Shown: piece by piece, positions 1-14,547 of the stretch
Layout of the letters: the number at the start of each line of letters is the position of its first letter
How positions within the stretch are numbered: the stretch's first letter is position 1
From: Lingula anatina
Taxonomy: Eukaryota; Animalia; Brachiopoda
Reading direction: 5' to 3'
NCBI GenBank assembly: GCA_051362555.1
Contig: CM120647.1
Coordinates: 11,880,651 to 11,944,650 of the forward strand
DNA length: 64,000 bases
Notes under the pieces: model-generated
What the model saw: only the letters and a program-made list of their open reading frames with translations
What the model was told of the DNA's origin: nothing
The model's database searches: none
Program-made: the position numbers and the translations under genes

Positions 1-75
1 GTCTTATGGAGCAGTACATGGATTTAAAAAAATTATATACAAGCAGTCATTTGTCTTGTGTCCACCACTACTTAC

Positions 76-1212
76 CGACTATGTTTCCACTCTGTTCTGA
101 CATCTTTCAGCTTGGAATTCCTCATATTTTGAACAGAAAAAAGAAAAATTCTGGCATATTTGTCTACACAGTTCTGAATCTAGAAGGTAAAATATGATGA
201 AAATTAGTCATATACCTTGTGTTTTCATTGGAACAGGAACATATATTGAAAGGAATTGTAGACAAAATTATACTTCATCCTCAGTTAAGAAACAGTGACA
301 CAAATACTCAGCAAGTGTAACACAATTTCATGGGATAAAATGATACCTCCTAAAATAGAGGAACAAATTAATGATTAAGCAAACAAATAGATGAAAAGCT
401 GGATACATTACCTCTTGCACAAGCCCCTGTTTGAGCTCCAAACCTTTCTTTTTGGTCTGTGTTAAGGAAACTAAAAGAAATGAATAAAAAATAAATACAC
501 ATGCATATATATATCAGTACTAAAGATCCACTTGGGTACCGTCTCATAATCATAACATTGTTACACTGTGCACCTTTATCAAACAAGGGAACTTGGTGGA
601 TTAATCTAGTCTGTACCAAATATTTTTTTAGACCACTAGACCTTCGGGCAAGCAGGCTATAAACGATACTGGTAGGTGGCTTAATCTATATGCATGTACA
701 ACTTACAAGTACAGTACTAGTAAAGTATCTAGGCTAATATTTTACTGCAAAAACTGATTAAAAACTTGGCGGAACTCTCTTCTAGCAACAAATGCCTTTA
801 AAGAAACTTGATTTGGGGGCAATTCTATTTGATATACCTCCCCCCCCCCCCACCATTACTTCCCATCCCGTTAATTATCTACTTGTTTAACATGCCCATT
901 CAGTCTATATACAGTTAGCGAATTCACCACGCCCATGCAAATAATATGTATTTTTTTCGTCAATTCTGAACCTAACTTCAGCTTCAAAGTATTCACAAAA
1001 ACCGTCGGGACAAATTATGATATACTGTCATTAGAGTTGACTTGATACTTCACTTGTTTGCAGACTATCACAAGAACCTAATGTTTATAAAGCGTATCAT
1101 TGATACATAATGAAGATCAAACCGTGCTAACACTCCACACAATATATCATTTCAACCTGGCCAGTTGAAAGTCAGTATACCTACTCTTTTTGTCTCTTTT
1201 CGACTTCGGCAT
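76..1212 (-). CDS. MRTO4: mRNA turnover protein 4 homolog (60S biogenesis factor), 5' three coding exons; gene continues off the left edge
   Basis: Exons 1212-1185, 470-412 and 179-76 have GT-AG junctions and consistent phase. They splice to [64 protein letters not shown], matching the recognisable Mrt4 N-terminus ([13 protein letters not shown]...[14 protein letters not shown]). Confidence 0.95.
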
Positions 1213-1771
1213 CTTGAAGCTTTCCACACGTGTTTATATTTTCCGGAAGTTAGCGTATGTTTTACGCAGGCGCAATGGCACGGGTCGAAAAATAAGGCTT
1301 CCCTGTGGTCCACCTGGAACGCGCACGCGTTCGGTCTTGAAATGTTAAGATATCGTTATGAATGAGAACGCCAAGGGATCATTAATAATAATAATAATAA
1401 TATTAATAAAAGGCCTACATTGAATTTTATTTTTCACCATAGGACTATTGTCAGGGACCACAGAATTAAAAAATAAAATAAAAGAAAGAAAAAAAATAAT
1501 AATAAATAATAATAATAATAATAATAATAAATTATTTCCCAAATCTGTGGCCCCTTACACATAATGTACGTGCCATGCTCTGACGTTGGTTTGCTGTATT
1601 TTATCTCGGCTGTCACCTTGATCGGTTAATTAACGAAAAAAAAAAAACGAATGGACTTTAAAACATCACTCTCGACTAGGCCTACCACAGCGCAAAGAAA
1701 GAAAGAAAGAAAGAAAGAAAGGAAAAATTAGCATCGGGTGAATTTTTTGAAGGCATTATACGGTGCTTAAC

Positions 1772-1805
<34 letters not shown>

Positions 1806-2627
1806 GGTTCTGCCCCCTCCCCTAAAAAAGATCAGATCACCCTCAAACCAAGTCGACGTAGGCTACATGTTACTTCTATTTAGCCATTACTACATCATCC
1901 GAGCCCTACAGTAGGGCCCTATATCTGAATTTCTTTTTTCGTACTCGGAAGACGGGAGTAGACCCCTATTTAGTTCAGAATAAGTTTACTTGAAAATGCT
2001 CGATTGGTGTGATTCTTTGCAAATGCCACCGCCATATTTTTTCGGAGGAAAATTATTATGCGATTAGTAGAATTTTGTTCACTATCAAATGACCAACTGA
2101 AGTAACAAAATGCCTGCAAGCATTTGGCGTCTGTTCTTTTTCTCTTGCCGTATCAGTATGTTGTGGATGTGACAAAATGAAACAGTTACGTGTGATTTTT
2201 CCCAGTCCAGAAGTGATGAAAAGGAAGCACAGTGACATGAAATATATTACACCTGTTAAAATGACATTTGAGCATTTTTTGGGGAATTCATACAAAAAAA
2301 GAAAAAAAAATGGAGGTTGATTACCATGCAACAACTTAGGAGCTTTCGTCTAACTTGGGTTTTCCGTGCAGAAATGCGTCTCTGATTCATTAGGTTCGTT
2401 AAACGATCAATGCGACAGCCGAGCTTGCTTCTGTATACGTGACTTGTTAACAGATAAATGAAGACAGATTACATATCGACGCAAAGTGTTTTTTTTTTTT
2501 TTTTATTCATAAGGATTTGATAAAAAATTACATGTGCATCTAAATAAATTTTGAAGTATCATGAAAAAGACAACACAAATGATAAGCCTAAGTTATTCAA
2601 TCAAATTCAACCTCAATTATTATCATT

Positions 2628-2685
<58 letters not shown>

Positions 2686-3795
2686 TTTTATTAAGTGCAC
2701 GGGAAGGGGCGAATTGAAAAATAATACGAGAGTGGGAGAAAATTGCTTTTTTTCCAAAGAAAATTCGATTTGGCAGATTGTACACGTTTAATCATTTAGG
2801 CCCGACTATGAATTAACACATAGAGCTGTTTTTTTCTGCCCCCAGCCCGTCTCTCCTAGGCCCTTTATAGGCCTACACCGTGATAAAACTTTCCTAGCAT
2901 CCCTTTTTGTCTTTTATTTTCCAACTAAAAGTGAAATCAAATTTTTTAATATCTTACATGTTGGTAATCAATGAAATTTTCCACTTTTTGTTTCAAGTCA
3001 ATCCAGATCACCCACTGCAAATTTACCATTTATCTAAATAATGCACCTTAATTCTAGATTTTTTTCTTAAATATTTAAATAATAGGCCTAAGTGTTTTAA
3101 TAAATGATAATTCCTTTGGCAGCTATAAGCAGATTGCCTCGAATGGCGGTGGGGGAGTGGGGAGGGGAGGTCTAGGCCTATTAGGCTATATATAGGCCTA
3201 TATTGTAGGCCTACCGAGGCGGAGTTGGCTGGGGAGGAAGCTCCCTCCCTCCAACCCCTAGCTCGATCTCCACCCCTCCCTTTGTCGTAGGTCACATAAT
3301 ATGTCTTTTATCCCTTGTTGAAATACTGAGGTTAAATTAATTAGTTTTCAAGCAAAGAAAATCGGGTCGCAAGGTAGCGCGTCGGGGTTTTCCACAAACT
3401 GTAATAAGTTTACTTTCGTTTGGTATTGTTTTATTTAGACCTTATAATGTTGGCTATTTATAAATCGACAGCTGCCGGGGGTATCTCGTCTAGATCTGTA
3501 GACAACTACAGACGATCTATTGACTTGTTCTGCGTATATACTGAACGGTCGATCGCTTGGAGGCTTACTTTTCATCCATACCCCCGCAAACTACCAGATG
3601 CATACTTTAGTTATTATTTATTGAACGATTTAGTCTACTACTTTCAGTCTGATTTCACAGCGACCCGGTATCGTAGCAACAATTGACGTCATCGACCCTG
3701 AAATTTGCTCCAGTAGTCCCCGTATAAGGAACTGCGGAATCCAGCGCTGGACTACTTTCAACTTGGGCACTATTTTCTCATTTTCAAATATTCTG
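1213..3795. promoter_or_regulatory. Divergent promoter region between MRTO4 and 14-3-3, including a probable non-coding first exon of 14-3-3
   Basis: Genes are head-to-head. Perfect CRE palindrome TGACGTCA at 3684-3691 with an X-box-like GTATCGTAGCAAC just upstream. YY1-like CCGCCAT motifs near 2030 (and just downstream near 3930 and 3985). Candidate donor CTG|GTAAAT at 3795/3796; the ATG exon has an acceptor directly before it (TTTTCAG|CATG), so an upstream exon is required. Confidence 0.55.
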
Positions 3796-4052
3796 GTAAA
3801 TTTTTATCAAAAATTCAGTCATGTTTATCCCGCATATACTTGGCTTACCGCTTACTCAGATAATTATTCAATGCTTATCTCAGTTACATGAAAATATGAT
3901 TTGTAACATGCAATTTTATACCGGTTCCCGCCATATGGCGTAGTAATAATTGATAACATATGTAAGTTGTTCGGTTAAGGAAATCCGCCATTTTGTGTTA
4001 ACCAGCAAGGGACAGGCTAACACTTTGATCATTTTTGTGCACAATTTTCAGC

Positions 4053-5728
4053 ATGTCTGATTCGGCCAAGAAAGATGAGCTGGTTCAAAAAGCCAAGCTC
4101 GCGGAACAAGCTGAGCGATACGATGATATGGCTGAGGCGATGAAAGAAGTAACAGAACTCGGCGCAGATCTGTCCAACGAGGAGCGAAATTTACTCTCTG
4201 TTGCGTACAAAAATGTGGTGGGTGCTCGCCGTTCCTCGTGGAGAGTTATCTCCAGCATTGAACAGAAGACGGAAGCAACTACGAAAAAGCAAGAAATGGC
4301 TAAACAGTACCGGGAAAAAGTCGAATCTGAATTGAAATCTATTTGTCAAGATGTGTTGGTAAGTGTTGCCTGACATTTTTGTCTGATGATGACTCATCCG
4401 GCTATTTCAAATTCAGATTTTGCATAATACGTGCATATTGAATATAATAAGGGAGTAACTTCAGTTGAATTGGTACGATAATGTGCACTGTTGACAGTAA
4501 TGCTTTAGACATTTGCATTATTCTTTAAACTGTTTTAATTGCTGTCAAGTTACATTCTTGAAAACCGGAAGTATAGTTGCACATTTTGGGACAAGGTCAA
4601 GCAGGTTTCCCGGTGAAATGAGTGACAGTTGGATCTTTTGTCTGAAAGTCCCTTTCATCCATCAGACTTTTGTTATCTGGAAAATCGCACTGACACCTCA
4701 AATAATCTGTTCAATCACTATTGTAATGTAGACAGGTACGGAAGTGTGCAAGTGCCCCACCCATTTTGGTAATGTTTCTCACTGTAACGTTTACAGTGAG
4801 GACATTAGGCATTTATTTCATACTGTCATATGAAATAACACAAATATTTTGATGTTTACCGTAATAACGTGCTTATTGTTTATCAGAGAAATGCATTTTA
4901 TGAAAAATATTTTGGTTGCAAATGCAGTTTCAGGAGTCTCTCTTTTTCTCACTGTTTCAAATGATTTTCACTATTTAGAATTATGCACTGCCAGGAAATA
5001 GGCTACTTATACAATTCATTTGTGTAATGAATATTTGTTTGGATTTGTTACTTGTGTTTTTTTTTTTTTTTTTCATTTCCATCAGTATGGCGAACATTTA
5101 ATGGAAGTCTTAGCAACTGTAGTAAAATGCCCCTCCCCCTTCTTTTATGGGCCATTTTATTATGAAGTAACTGATATCTATCTAACACCTGACTTGTTAG
5201 ATTATCACAATATTTCTCTGACCTATACTGATTGATTAATAGTCTCATCTTTATTTCTATACTTCATGACATGTACTAATATCCCTTCTAAAACAGTTTA
5301 TAATTTTCAGATTTTGAAGAAATTTTTGAGGTAGATCATCCCTTTAACTGTAGGGTATGCCAAGGATTCTGTGTGGAAATAAATTATGCTGCATGCTTGC
5401 AGAATGTCTGGTTGCAAAATGTGTGGTTTGCAGGTTATTGCTCTGCATTGGTATTGATTCTTTTTGTGGACCACATAGTTGCTGTGAGTTTAATCATGTG
5501 AAAAAAAGTCATCTTGATAAAATCTGAACAGGGTTTCTTTTGCTTTTAGTATGCTTTGAGTGTTTATAAAGAAGCCTGTTAACTCCACATAAATCAAATG
5601 ATGCTCTGCAACAATAAATTAAACTGGAAAGGAAGATTGCAAAAATAACAAAAAAAAATCCACTTTTTAACTTGAGTGAAAGCGAAGAAGTAATAAATGA
5701 ATTCATGAGATTACTACCCTTAAAATAT

Positions 5729-5767
<39 letters not shown>

Positions 5768-8700
5768 TTTTTGTGTGTAATATGTTTTCAGTGTGGACTA
5801 ATATTTATCTCCAGTAGGAGAAACCTTCCCAAACCTTTCAATTGCCTAGAGATTTGTAGGTGCAGACCAAGTGTCCAGACTAAGGCAATAATTGACTGAT
5901 ATTGAGCATGTTTTCCTCAATAAAATGTTGTTTAGTTATTAGTCATGGTGGTGTGAGCCAAATGTATTCATGCTAGATAACATAAGCTGTATTTGTTGGA
6001 GCAGAGGGCGGGCCTTATCTCCAGGTGGAATCTGCCCAGAGCCGGGCAGTAGGTCTGTCTCTGGCCGAGATCTAGCCGTATCTGACACTGTAATGTGGCC
6101 ATTTTGTTGGGACATATCAAGATCTGGTTTGAACTGGGACCGACTGTGCATGCCACTGGTTAGAGTGTGAAATTATACATTGACACAGTAGCTGGGTTTA
6201 TAAAATGTTTTCAGTGAAACTATCTGAATGAATGATATATATTTTCCCCCATTTTATATGGAGTTTATTTTTATGTGACAACTAAAAATTATTATAATTC
6301 AAGTAGACCAAAAATTAAGTTGAGAACAACTTTGTCAAGTTCTTTTGTGTCCCTGCAATCCATAGCAACCAGACTGAATGGAAACGACTCCCTTTTGTTT
6401 ATTGGTCTCGCCTTGTGCCTCCAGTATCAGACTGGCTGAAGTAGCTCTTTTAACACAAATCTTCCCATTTCTACTACCAGGAAGAAGAGTAAAGAAGTAT
6501 TTTTAAGAGAACAGTGGAGGTGAATTTGGATGACTGGATTGTGTTGTCTTTGGCAAAGTCCTATTGTATTACCCCAAGATGACTCGCATGAATGATCTAC
6601 CTATCTTGAACTGGTTTTCGAGTCAGAATTTTGACAGCTTTAACTGCAGCAAGTTGTGAGGTTCATATACTTCACAGTCTTGGGAATATAATGTTTTTTA
6701 AATTGGGATAAATCGTTTGTTTTTGGAAGTGATTTGTATGATAGAAATTTGAGTGTGAAAGTTTTCTGGCGGAAGTTGCTTCACTGAGCAAGTCCCAGGT
6801 TTTAAAATAGTGTGTCATGTTGTCAACTGAAACACCCATCATCCATCACTGCTGACCTGGACACCATAGGGCATTGCAGGTTACTCGATTTACATTTAAG
6901 ATTTGTGAAATGACAACGAAGTTAGAGTTGGGAGGGGAGGGGGTTGGGTTCTACTATTTAGTGTGGACAAATTTTGAATCCACTCATTGATTTGATTGAT
7001 TTAGGGATAAATGCACCGAGCAGAGATCAGGGACTGGCTTGCTTCCACTGTCCAACTACTATCTTGACAATTTCTGGTATGGCTGACTTAGTACCATCTA
7101 GGCAACCTCTGCTTTGACTAACTTGGTTTTATCTAGGCAACCTCTGGTATGGCTAACTTGGTTTTATCTAGGCAACCTCTGGTATGGCTACCTTTGTTTT
7201 ATCTAGGCAACTTCTGGCATGGCTGGCTTAGTACTAATATCTTGACAACTTCTGGTTTAACCTCTGGTTTAAGCTAGCTCATTGATCTAGCTATCAGCGT
7301 GAAGGGCCAGCTTGCTACACAGCAGTAGGGAAACCATGTGAGAAATCAATGAGCTGCAGCAGCGTAATAATCCTGTGATACATCCAACAGTTGGGTTAAT
7401 TGCATCCTCATATGTGTTCTTGCATTTCTATTGCATTTCCATGTGCAAGTAAATGGGGCGTGCAAGTATGTGATGCTAGCATTGTAATGTGGCTTGAATA
7501 TAACAGAGATTGGTATAGAACTAGGTCAAAAGCCGTGGAAAGGGCCGGGAGCCTGAACCTAAAGCTTAGATGGCCTCAGTCAGTGCATTAGAAAGTGAGC
7601 ACTTGATGCTGTTCTTTAGGGAATTGGTGAAATAAAGTATTCAGAGGGAGACATGCCCTAGAGTGAATATATGTACATAATTCAGTGGCAAGTGGGATTG
7701 CTATGATATTAAGTATTATTTTGTGAAAAACAGTTTGTTCACATGGGTTGGTTTAGAATGCTGTTCTTTTAGTTCTGTTGCCAAACTGATTATGAAGGAA
7801 TGTGAGGTTTCAGGAACCGCATAACCTTGAATTCTTGCAGCATATTAAGGTTTATTCATCTGCCATTTGGTTAATGGGAGTAGTTTAATGCTTATTTTAA
7901 TAGCACTGCACAGTATATTGAATGTGATTTATTCAGTTTGCAGCTCTGAGAATGGCTCAGTGTCATTCTTCACTTTTGTCGCAAAAAGAGGAGGGATCTC
8001 AAAGCCAGGTTTGAATCAGTATTGCATCAGTTTTAACAAAGCAAACAGAGCTCAAAACTCCAAAGAAAAATAAATCATCTTAGCCACGATGTTGTGTCTG
8101 AAAGTTACATCTGGCATCTTGTAGTGCAAGTCTTATGTTTTATTTCAAGTTTCAGTATTTCCAGTCAGATTTTGAAAGTAAATGAAATAGGCCATCCTGC
8201 ATTTGCATAGACATGCACAGGGCTTGTTGAACTTTGGTTAACTAGTCAAATGTTTTTGTGATATAATGCACAGTCAGAGCTTGGTCAACATCTTAGTGTA
8301 TTGAACTTTTTTTCATGACCAAGTAGAGCTGCCCAGTCTGTTTATCTCTGTAACCGTGGCAGCCTTTGGGTAACCATGGCAGCCTCTGTCCTGCTCTGCC
8401 GGGGTGGGGTGTGGAGTCAGGCAGGGAATCAATGCTTCAGTTCAATTCCATGTACATTATGAAAACATGACCTTTGGCGTTACCATGGCATTGCTATGAT
8501 GACCTTTCTTCTACCAGATAAATCATCTTAAGAATTGGTTTATAAGTGTAATTTAACCTTCAATTATTTGATTTCTTGGCAGTTACCCTTTCTCCCCCCC
8601 CCCTCCCCACCCATTTCCCTTCCAATATCTACCTGTATAATCTCAATACATCAGTGTGATGCCTTCTCCCTGTGGTGACTGTTCCTGTTGGACTGTGGAG

Positions 8701-11700
8701 GTATGTTGCTGTAGACCACAAGGTAGCCCTACCTCCATGAGTCAGGTAGTCTGTTATAGATCAGTAAGAATACGCTCTAGGCTGCCTTCAAACTGGGGTT
8801 CCTTTGGGTTGAAAGTGTACAGGTTTTAGCATAGGCATGTGTGTTAGTTGATCTTTATCTGTAAATGACACAACCTCCTCCCCTTCCATTCATGCACATG
8901 CACAGCCCACCCTACCAATGTGAACAAGCACACAGAATACAATGTTAATATAGGTACGTGGATTGAGTATGGGATATATATGTCATATGTTGGTTGTTCA
9001 CTGTGTTTATTCTCTGGTACAGGATCTACATACACCCTCAGTTGGCCTTATACCACAAAGCCAAAGGTCAAATATTTCATATCTAAGATTTTATTTCGCT
9101 GAACCATGACTACTTTTCAGATGACATTATGATGACTATGCTCTGCTGTACTCCTTGAAGGAAGTTGGAATAAAGTGCATATGATTTGTCATGGTCTTGA
9201 TGAGAAATTCTGTGAGGTTTTGTTTTGTCTCTGTTAGGAAACTCCCTTTGTAATGGGCCCTCCTGGCCTGTTTATATGACTATATGTATCATAATCAAAT
9301 GTATGTCTAATGTGTGCATTTTGATTGGTCTTTTTTAGAGGCTGTTGGACGAACACTTGATACCTAAGTCAAAGAATGGTGAAAAACATGAAAGTAATGT
9401 ATTTTACCTCAAAATGAAAGGGGACTACTACAGATATCTAGCAGAAGTGGCAACTGGGGAAGACAGGACGAGTAAGTACTACGGAGATAAGCCAAGGGTA
9501 AAACTACCCTGCTTCTTCCTGCCCCCCCCCCCCCCCCCCCTGCCCTTTCAATTCACAAAAAAAAAAAAAAAAGTATGTAAGTCATAATAAGCTGGGAATT
9601 CCCCAGGATTTGTGGCACACGGAGTCCAAAATATACATCTGTAATTTGGTCATCAAGTTTCAGGGGTCCAACCCAAGCAAGCCCAACCAAAAAATTCTAA
9701 GCCATTTATCTGTTTTTGGAAATATAGACCATGTTTTGAGGCTTATGACTGTCCAAATGCTGGGTGGACAGTTCTCTTTGGAAAGTCTTTGATAATGAGT
9801 CAGTTTTTGGATTAAAAAATAACTTTAGAATGTTTGCTGTGCATCAGCAACCAGTGCATAGCAGATCAAACGGTGAACTTGACCTTAATATATTATTCTT
9901 GAAGTTAAATGGTTACCTTTTAATCCTGTTATATTGAGAGGTCTCTGACCAAATAGTATAAACCCAAGCAAGATGCATCCAGTTTTCATGCAAAAATAAT
10001 AAGTAAATAATGATTAAATAAATAGTTATATTCTCAAGGTGCAGGCAGTCAGTGGCTTGCTTTACTGCTTCAGAAAATAAGTAGTCAACCAGTTGTTTAT
10101 CAAGCTTAATGATTTTTAAAACAAAAAACTTGCCATTAAGTAGTTAGTAAAATAAAGTGTCAGTGTAGTTGTTACGTAAGTGATTCAGATATACAGAGAT
10201 TAATCTGTTTGAAGAAAGTGTGCTGTGATTTTATTTCCTAGTCTGTTTATAATATATCTGTTTTAATTTATAACCGTCAGCCTTCTTTCATTCCTTCCAA
10301 TTTAATATTGCATCACCAGTTTAGAGCTACCAATCCTTATTTGAATAACTGTGTCCTTGGGCACACAGCACACATGCCTCATACGTCACTATGTACATCA
10401 TTTTTTTGGACTTAAGTTTATCACCAGAAATTTGAAGAATTTTCACATTTGGTGAAATTGAATTGGCATACTTAAGTGCAACCTTGAGCAACATATTTTG
10501 CAAACTAACCAAACATAAAGCAAACCATACTCATCTTTGTATTGATTTTCTCCATTCAAATGGATGTGAAGAGGTAAAATGCATAAACACTAGTGCATTG
10601 GTTGGAAAGGACTTGATGCCATTCATTAACATGACGTGCATCTCATTTTTTGTTGCTTTCACATTTTGATGGTCATTGAATTTCAAGCTTTTGAAATTTC
10701 CAGATTTTACTGTCAATACTAACATTAGCCCCTCTCAGGCAAATTCTTGGCTGACTCTTATGGTCTCCATACCTAGTTTCTTGTAGCCATCCTGTTTAAC
10801 TTCTCCTGGTCACTGTAGTGGGTAGGATGACTCTTAGCAATAATGCTCTTCTAATGCATGCCTTCTTGCAGCTTGACACTGCCTAGTTCCCTCCTTGGTG
10901 GAAGAAGTGCACGCGCCTTTGGTTGGCAGCAGTTAGAAACTTGCTTTTCAATCTTCATTTTCTGATCTTATTTGTTTGTTTATAAGTCTCTGGTTCAGAT
11001 GGGAGGAGAGGGGTATTGTTTTGCTTTTATGTACAGACACTGCGTGTTTGTGCATATAGTCAGCACCTGCTTCTGTCATTGATTTTGTCGTGATTTTTTT
11101 CACTGTTCGCACGCGCACACACACACACACACAAAAAAATGAATAAATAAAAAGACTTTTGCTCAAACTTACTACAGTCATTTATGGCAATTTTTCCCCT
11201 CATTTTTTCATTTTCATTGAGTAGATTTGGTTGGAAGCCCCTTCGTAATTGCAATTTCATAATGCTCATGTAACCTATATTTACATAATTGAAAATGGAT
11301 GGTGGTTATACTTTTCAGTATTATGTAATATTGCATCAAAATTGACAATAACTCTTTTTGTCCACTACCACCATAAGCACTATTTAAGAAAAACCAGTTT
11401 GCTAACTATTCCCTAACTTAATAATACAAGTAGAATTCCTATGGATTCTTAGGACTAAAATACACTCAGATAAGAAAACCAGCTTTATTGTAATATTTAA
11501 TCTTGAAGTAATGCAGTCCTTTTTTCCACAATTTGGTAATTTTAGTGCTGTCAGTGATGTTACCCACTCGTCATATATATTGTGCACAATATTTTTTTCT
11601 CTTTTTGTCTGTACATTTGACAGCTTTGCTGCCTTGTTATTAGTGTGGACATGTTTTATTTGGCTTTGTATTGTACTACAGTTTAACCATTTCAAATGGC

Positions 11701-14547
11701 TTTCCAAACAGCCCTGTCTGCTAAGACCTTGTAAATATTTCCCCAATTTTTTTAAGGTGCCTTATCATGATCTTGGGTATTTTGTTTAGAATATATATTT
11801 TTCCCTTTGGAAGTTCAAGGTGTGCCTAACAGATAGTTTGGTGTATAAGACGGTGTCAGTAACTAGAAATAAAGTAGAGGAAAGACAACATGTATATTTT
11901 GTGTACCTCTTTCATTTGTGTCTACATTATCTCTTCCTCTCCATCAAACAATTTCACAAATACTAATGTGATGAGAGTGCTTTAGCAATCAGCGGGAATT
12001 GTGAAGACTCCTTAATGGGTCTTTAGGGTTTGCGTTACCCGAGGATTATATTTCGGAAGAGAATTGCTGGAAGATTGTATCCTGCTTGCCACCTATAATC
12101 CAACGTGTGCTGTTCGCGTATGTTTGTTTGAATTGTTCGCCAACCCATTGAGTGCTACATCGCCTGACACTGCTAACGTCACAGCCCCGACCTCCGATGC
12201 CAGGCTAACACGCAGAAAGGAGCACGGGAGAAATAGGTAGGGATAATGCTGTGTACGACCAAGCTCTCTTGCTCCTTTCCGCAGTGGTTCTTTGTGTCCA
12301 TCAAACAAAACAAAGCAAAACAAAAATTCATCAGTTTAGACATAACGGTCAAAATGTACTACCTTATTTGGAAAAATGAAAGACGTATTGTTAAAAGAGC
12401 TCATTTGCGAAATGCACCTTTGATTTTTCTTTCATTTCACGGATGTTAATAATGAATTTTTTTCAAAAAGAAAAAGAAAAGTCCTGGCATGTGTTTGTTT
12501 TATGATGGTTGATTTATTTTGAGATTTGTTCTTCGCTTTGCACAGAAGAACCTCTGGTGGGAGCTAGGGAGTGGAGGTGACAACTTCAGGATGCAGGGCT
12601 TTTCCCAGGATTGGGGGTACAGGCCGTCCAAAATTATTACCTGTAATTGCCTACAAAACTTCAGGGAGTCTAAGCCATCATTTAAAAAAAAAAAATTCAT
12701 AAGCCGTCCAGTCGTCTTTGAAAAAAAAAATTACCCATCTGGTGGTGCTGGTGGCCATCCAAATTACAGCTGGACGGTTTGCTGGGAAAGGCCTTGACTG
12801 GATGGGATAAGGCACCTTGGCAGAACTCAAAGCATTCGTTTTGTTACACATTCATATCCAGATAGAAAATAATCGGGAAGTCATTTGTAGCGGCTGACAT
12901 GACAGTGATCCAGAGTGTGTGCAATGAGTTTGGTTCCAGCGCTCTAATCCCATTTCTGTCTGCTGTCATTTCATTATTCCCCATTTTCCTGTTTGGATGG
13001 AAAAGAGTGAGGCAGATTGCTGCATGCGAACAGGAAACTGCTTTATTTTTGTGCGTGTGTGTGTAATTCCATTGCATCTCCCTTGCATCGGCAACTTTTC
13101 CTTTTGGCTTGTGCTCAGTGGCTGAAGTTTCTCCTTAACATCAGTGTCTGTAAAGTGTTAAGACAGCTCCTAAGGTGTTTTCAGGCATCATTGAATTTTT
13201 TGTTAGATATGCTGCTTTGGGGGGGGGGGGGGGGTATTGTATTAGGATTTGTTGTTTTCTTTCAGTTGTATACTTGGCAAAACCTTAACCCTAAGTTATA
13301 ATTTATTTTCAGCAAATAGCCAAAATTCGGATAATGCCTATGAAGAAGCGTATAAGACTGCCAAAGATGAAATGAAGCCTACACACCCCATACGACTTGG
13401 CCTGGCATTAAACTACTCAGTATTTTTCTATGAAATTATCAATTCTCCTGACAGGGCATGTCAGTTAGCAAAAACGGTGGGTTGAATGCAGTTGTATCTA
13501 CTATTATCATTGCACTGTCTTTTATCTCAGTGTTGGGCAATGATGTGGTAATTACTAAAATTCCAACTCTGTTTAACAAATAGTAATTGGTCCTTAGGGA
13601 CTTTGAAAAAAGTGCCTTGTGAGAGGAAATGTGAAGGTATTGCTTTAAAACTTCAGAAAATAAATTGTGAGAGTCTTGATTAAAAAAAAATGGACAAGGT
13701 GAAAATATCTTCAGCAGGAATGAGATTTTTCCCATTATTGGCAAATGTCTTACTTTAATGGAACCAAAAATGTCATTTTGGAAATTGATGCAGATCTGAA
13801 ATTAAAAAAAAATGGAGAGGGGGGGGGGTCTGGACCCCATGCCACATTTTCAGATTTTCTCACTAATGGCAGTCTAATCACTGCTCTAGACTATTCTACT
13901 TTTAGAACCTAAGGCAGTGTGAAGCTGTTTTTGATTCCTGTTGTATATATTCTGAATCTCTTTTCAGGCTTTTGATGATGCTATAGCCGAGTTGGATACT
14001 CTGAGTGAGGATTCGTACAAGGACAGCACACTAATCATGCAGCTGCTTAGGGACAATTTGACGGTAGGGCAAAGCAGGGCTGGGGTTTTGTGCACTGTCA
14101 CTGTAACAAAACTGAGGGTCTGTGTAACAAATTCTGTCCTCCATTTCGTTATAATGGTTAAAGATAGCCTGACCTAAGTGGGTCAAAATTTTGGGCGAGG
14201 CTTACCTGTACAGCTGCCTCTCTATCGTTGCGGACTCTGCCACGTTACACCACCATCAGCAAAAAGCAGCATAATGGCACAAAATTAAAATATGGTGGTG
14301 ATGATGCTGTTTTGCATTAAGTAACATTGCATCAAAATTGACAAAGTAATGCTCTTGGCGGATCCTTATTTTCTGCTTAATGTCTATTTTTAACAGCTTT
14401 GCTGCAATTTTATTACTACAAACCCTGTTTATGTATCTATATATACATATACATAATAGTAAGTTGTGTTTTCGTTTTATTTTACAGTTGTGGACTTCAG
14501 ACACGCAGGCAGAAGGGGAAGAAGCGCAAGATCATGAGAATAATTAA
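4053..14547 (+). CDS. 14-3-3zeta: 14-3-3 protein (zeta-like), isoform A, 252 aa
   Basis: Coding exons 4053-4358, 9339-9471, 13313-13476, 13968-14063 and 14488-14547, all GT-AG and in phase. Motifs [87 protein letters not shown]. The zeta subtype is inferred. Confidence 0.96.
7060..7270. repeat. Minisatellite, about 35-bp unit (TCTGGTATGGCTAACTTGGTTTTATCTAGGCAACC), roughly 5 degenerate copies
   Basis: Direct reading of repeated ATCTAGGCAACCTCTGG units in the 14-3-3 intron. Confidence 0.85.
12594..12796. mobile_element. Short non-autonomous DNA element, hAT-like termini
   Basis: Imperfect TIRs CAGGGCTTTTCCCAG...CTGGGAAAGGCCTTG; flanks TCAGGATG / ACTGGATG resemble a decayed 8-bp TSD. A more degenerate relative appears at about 9592-9790. 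Confidence 0.5.
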
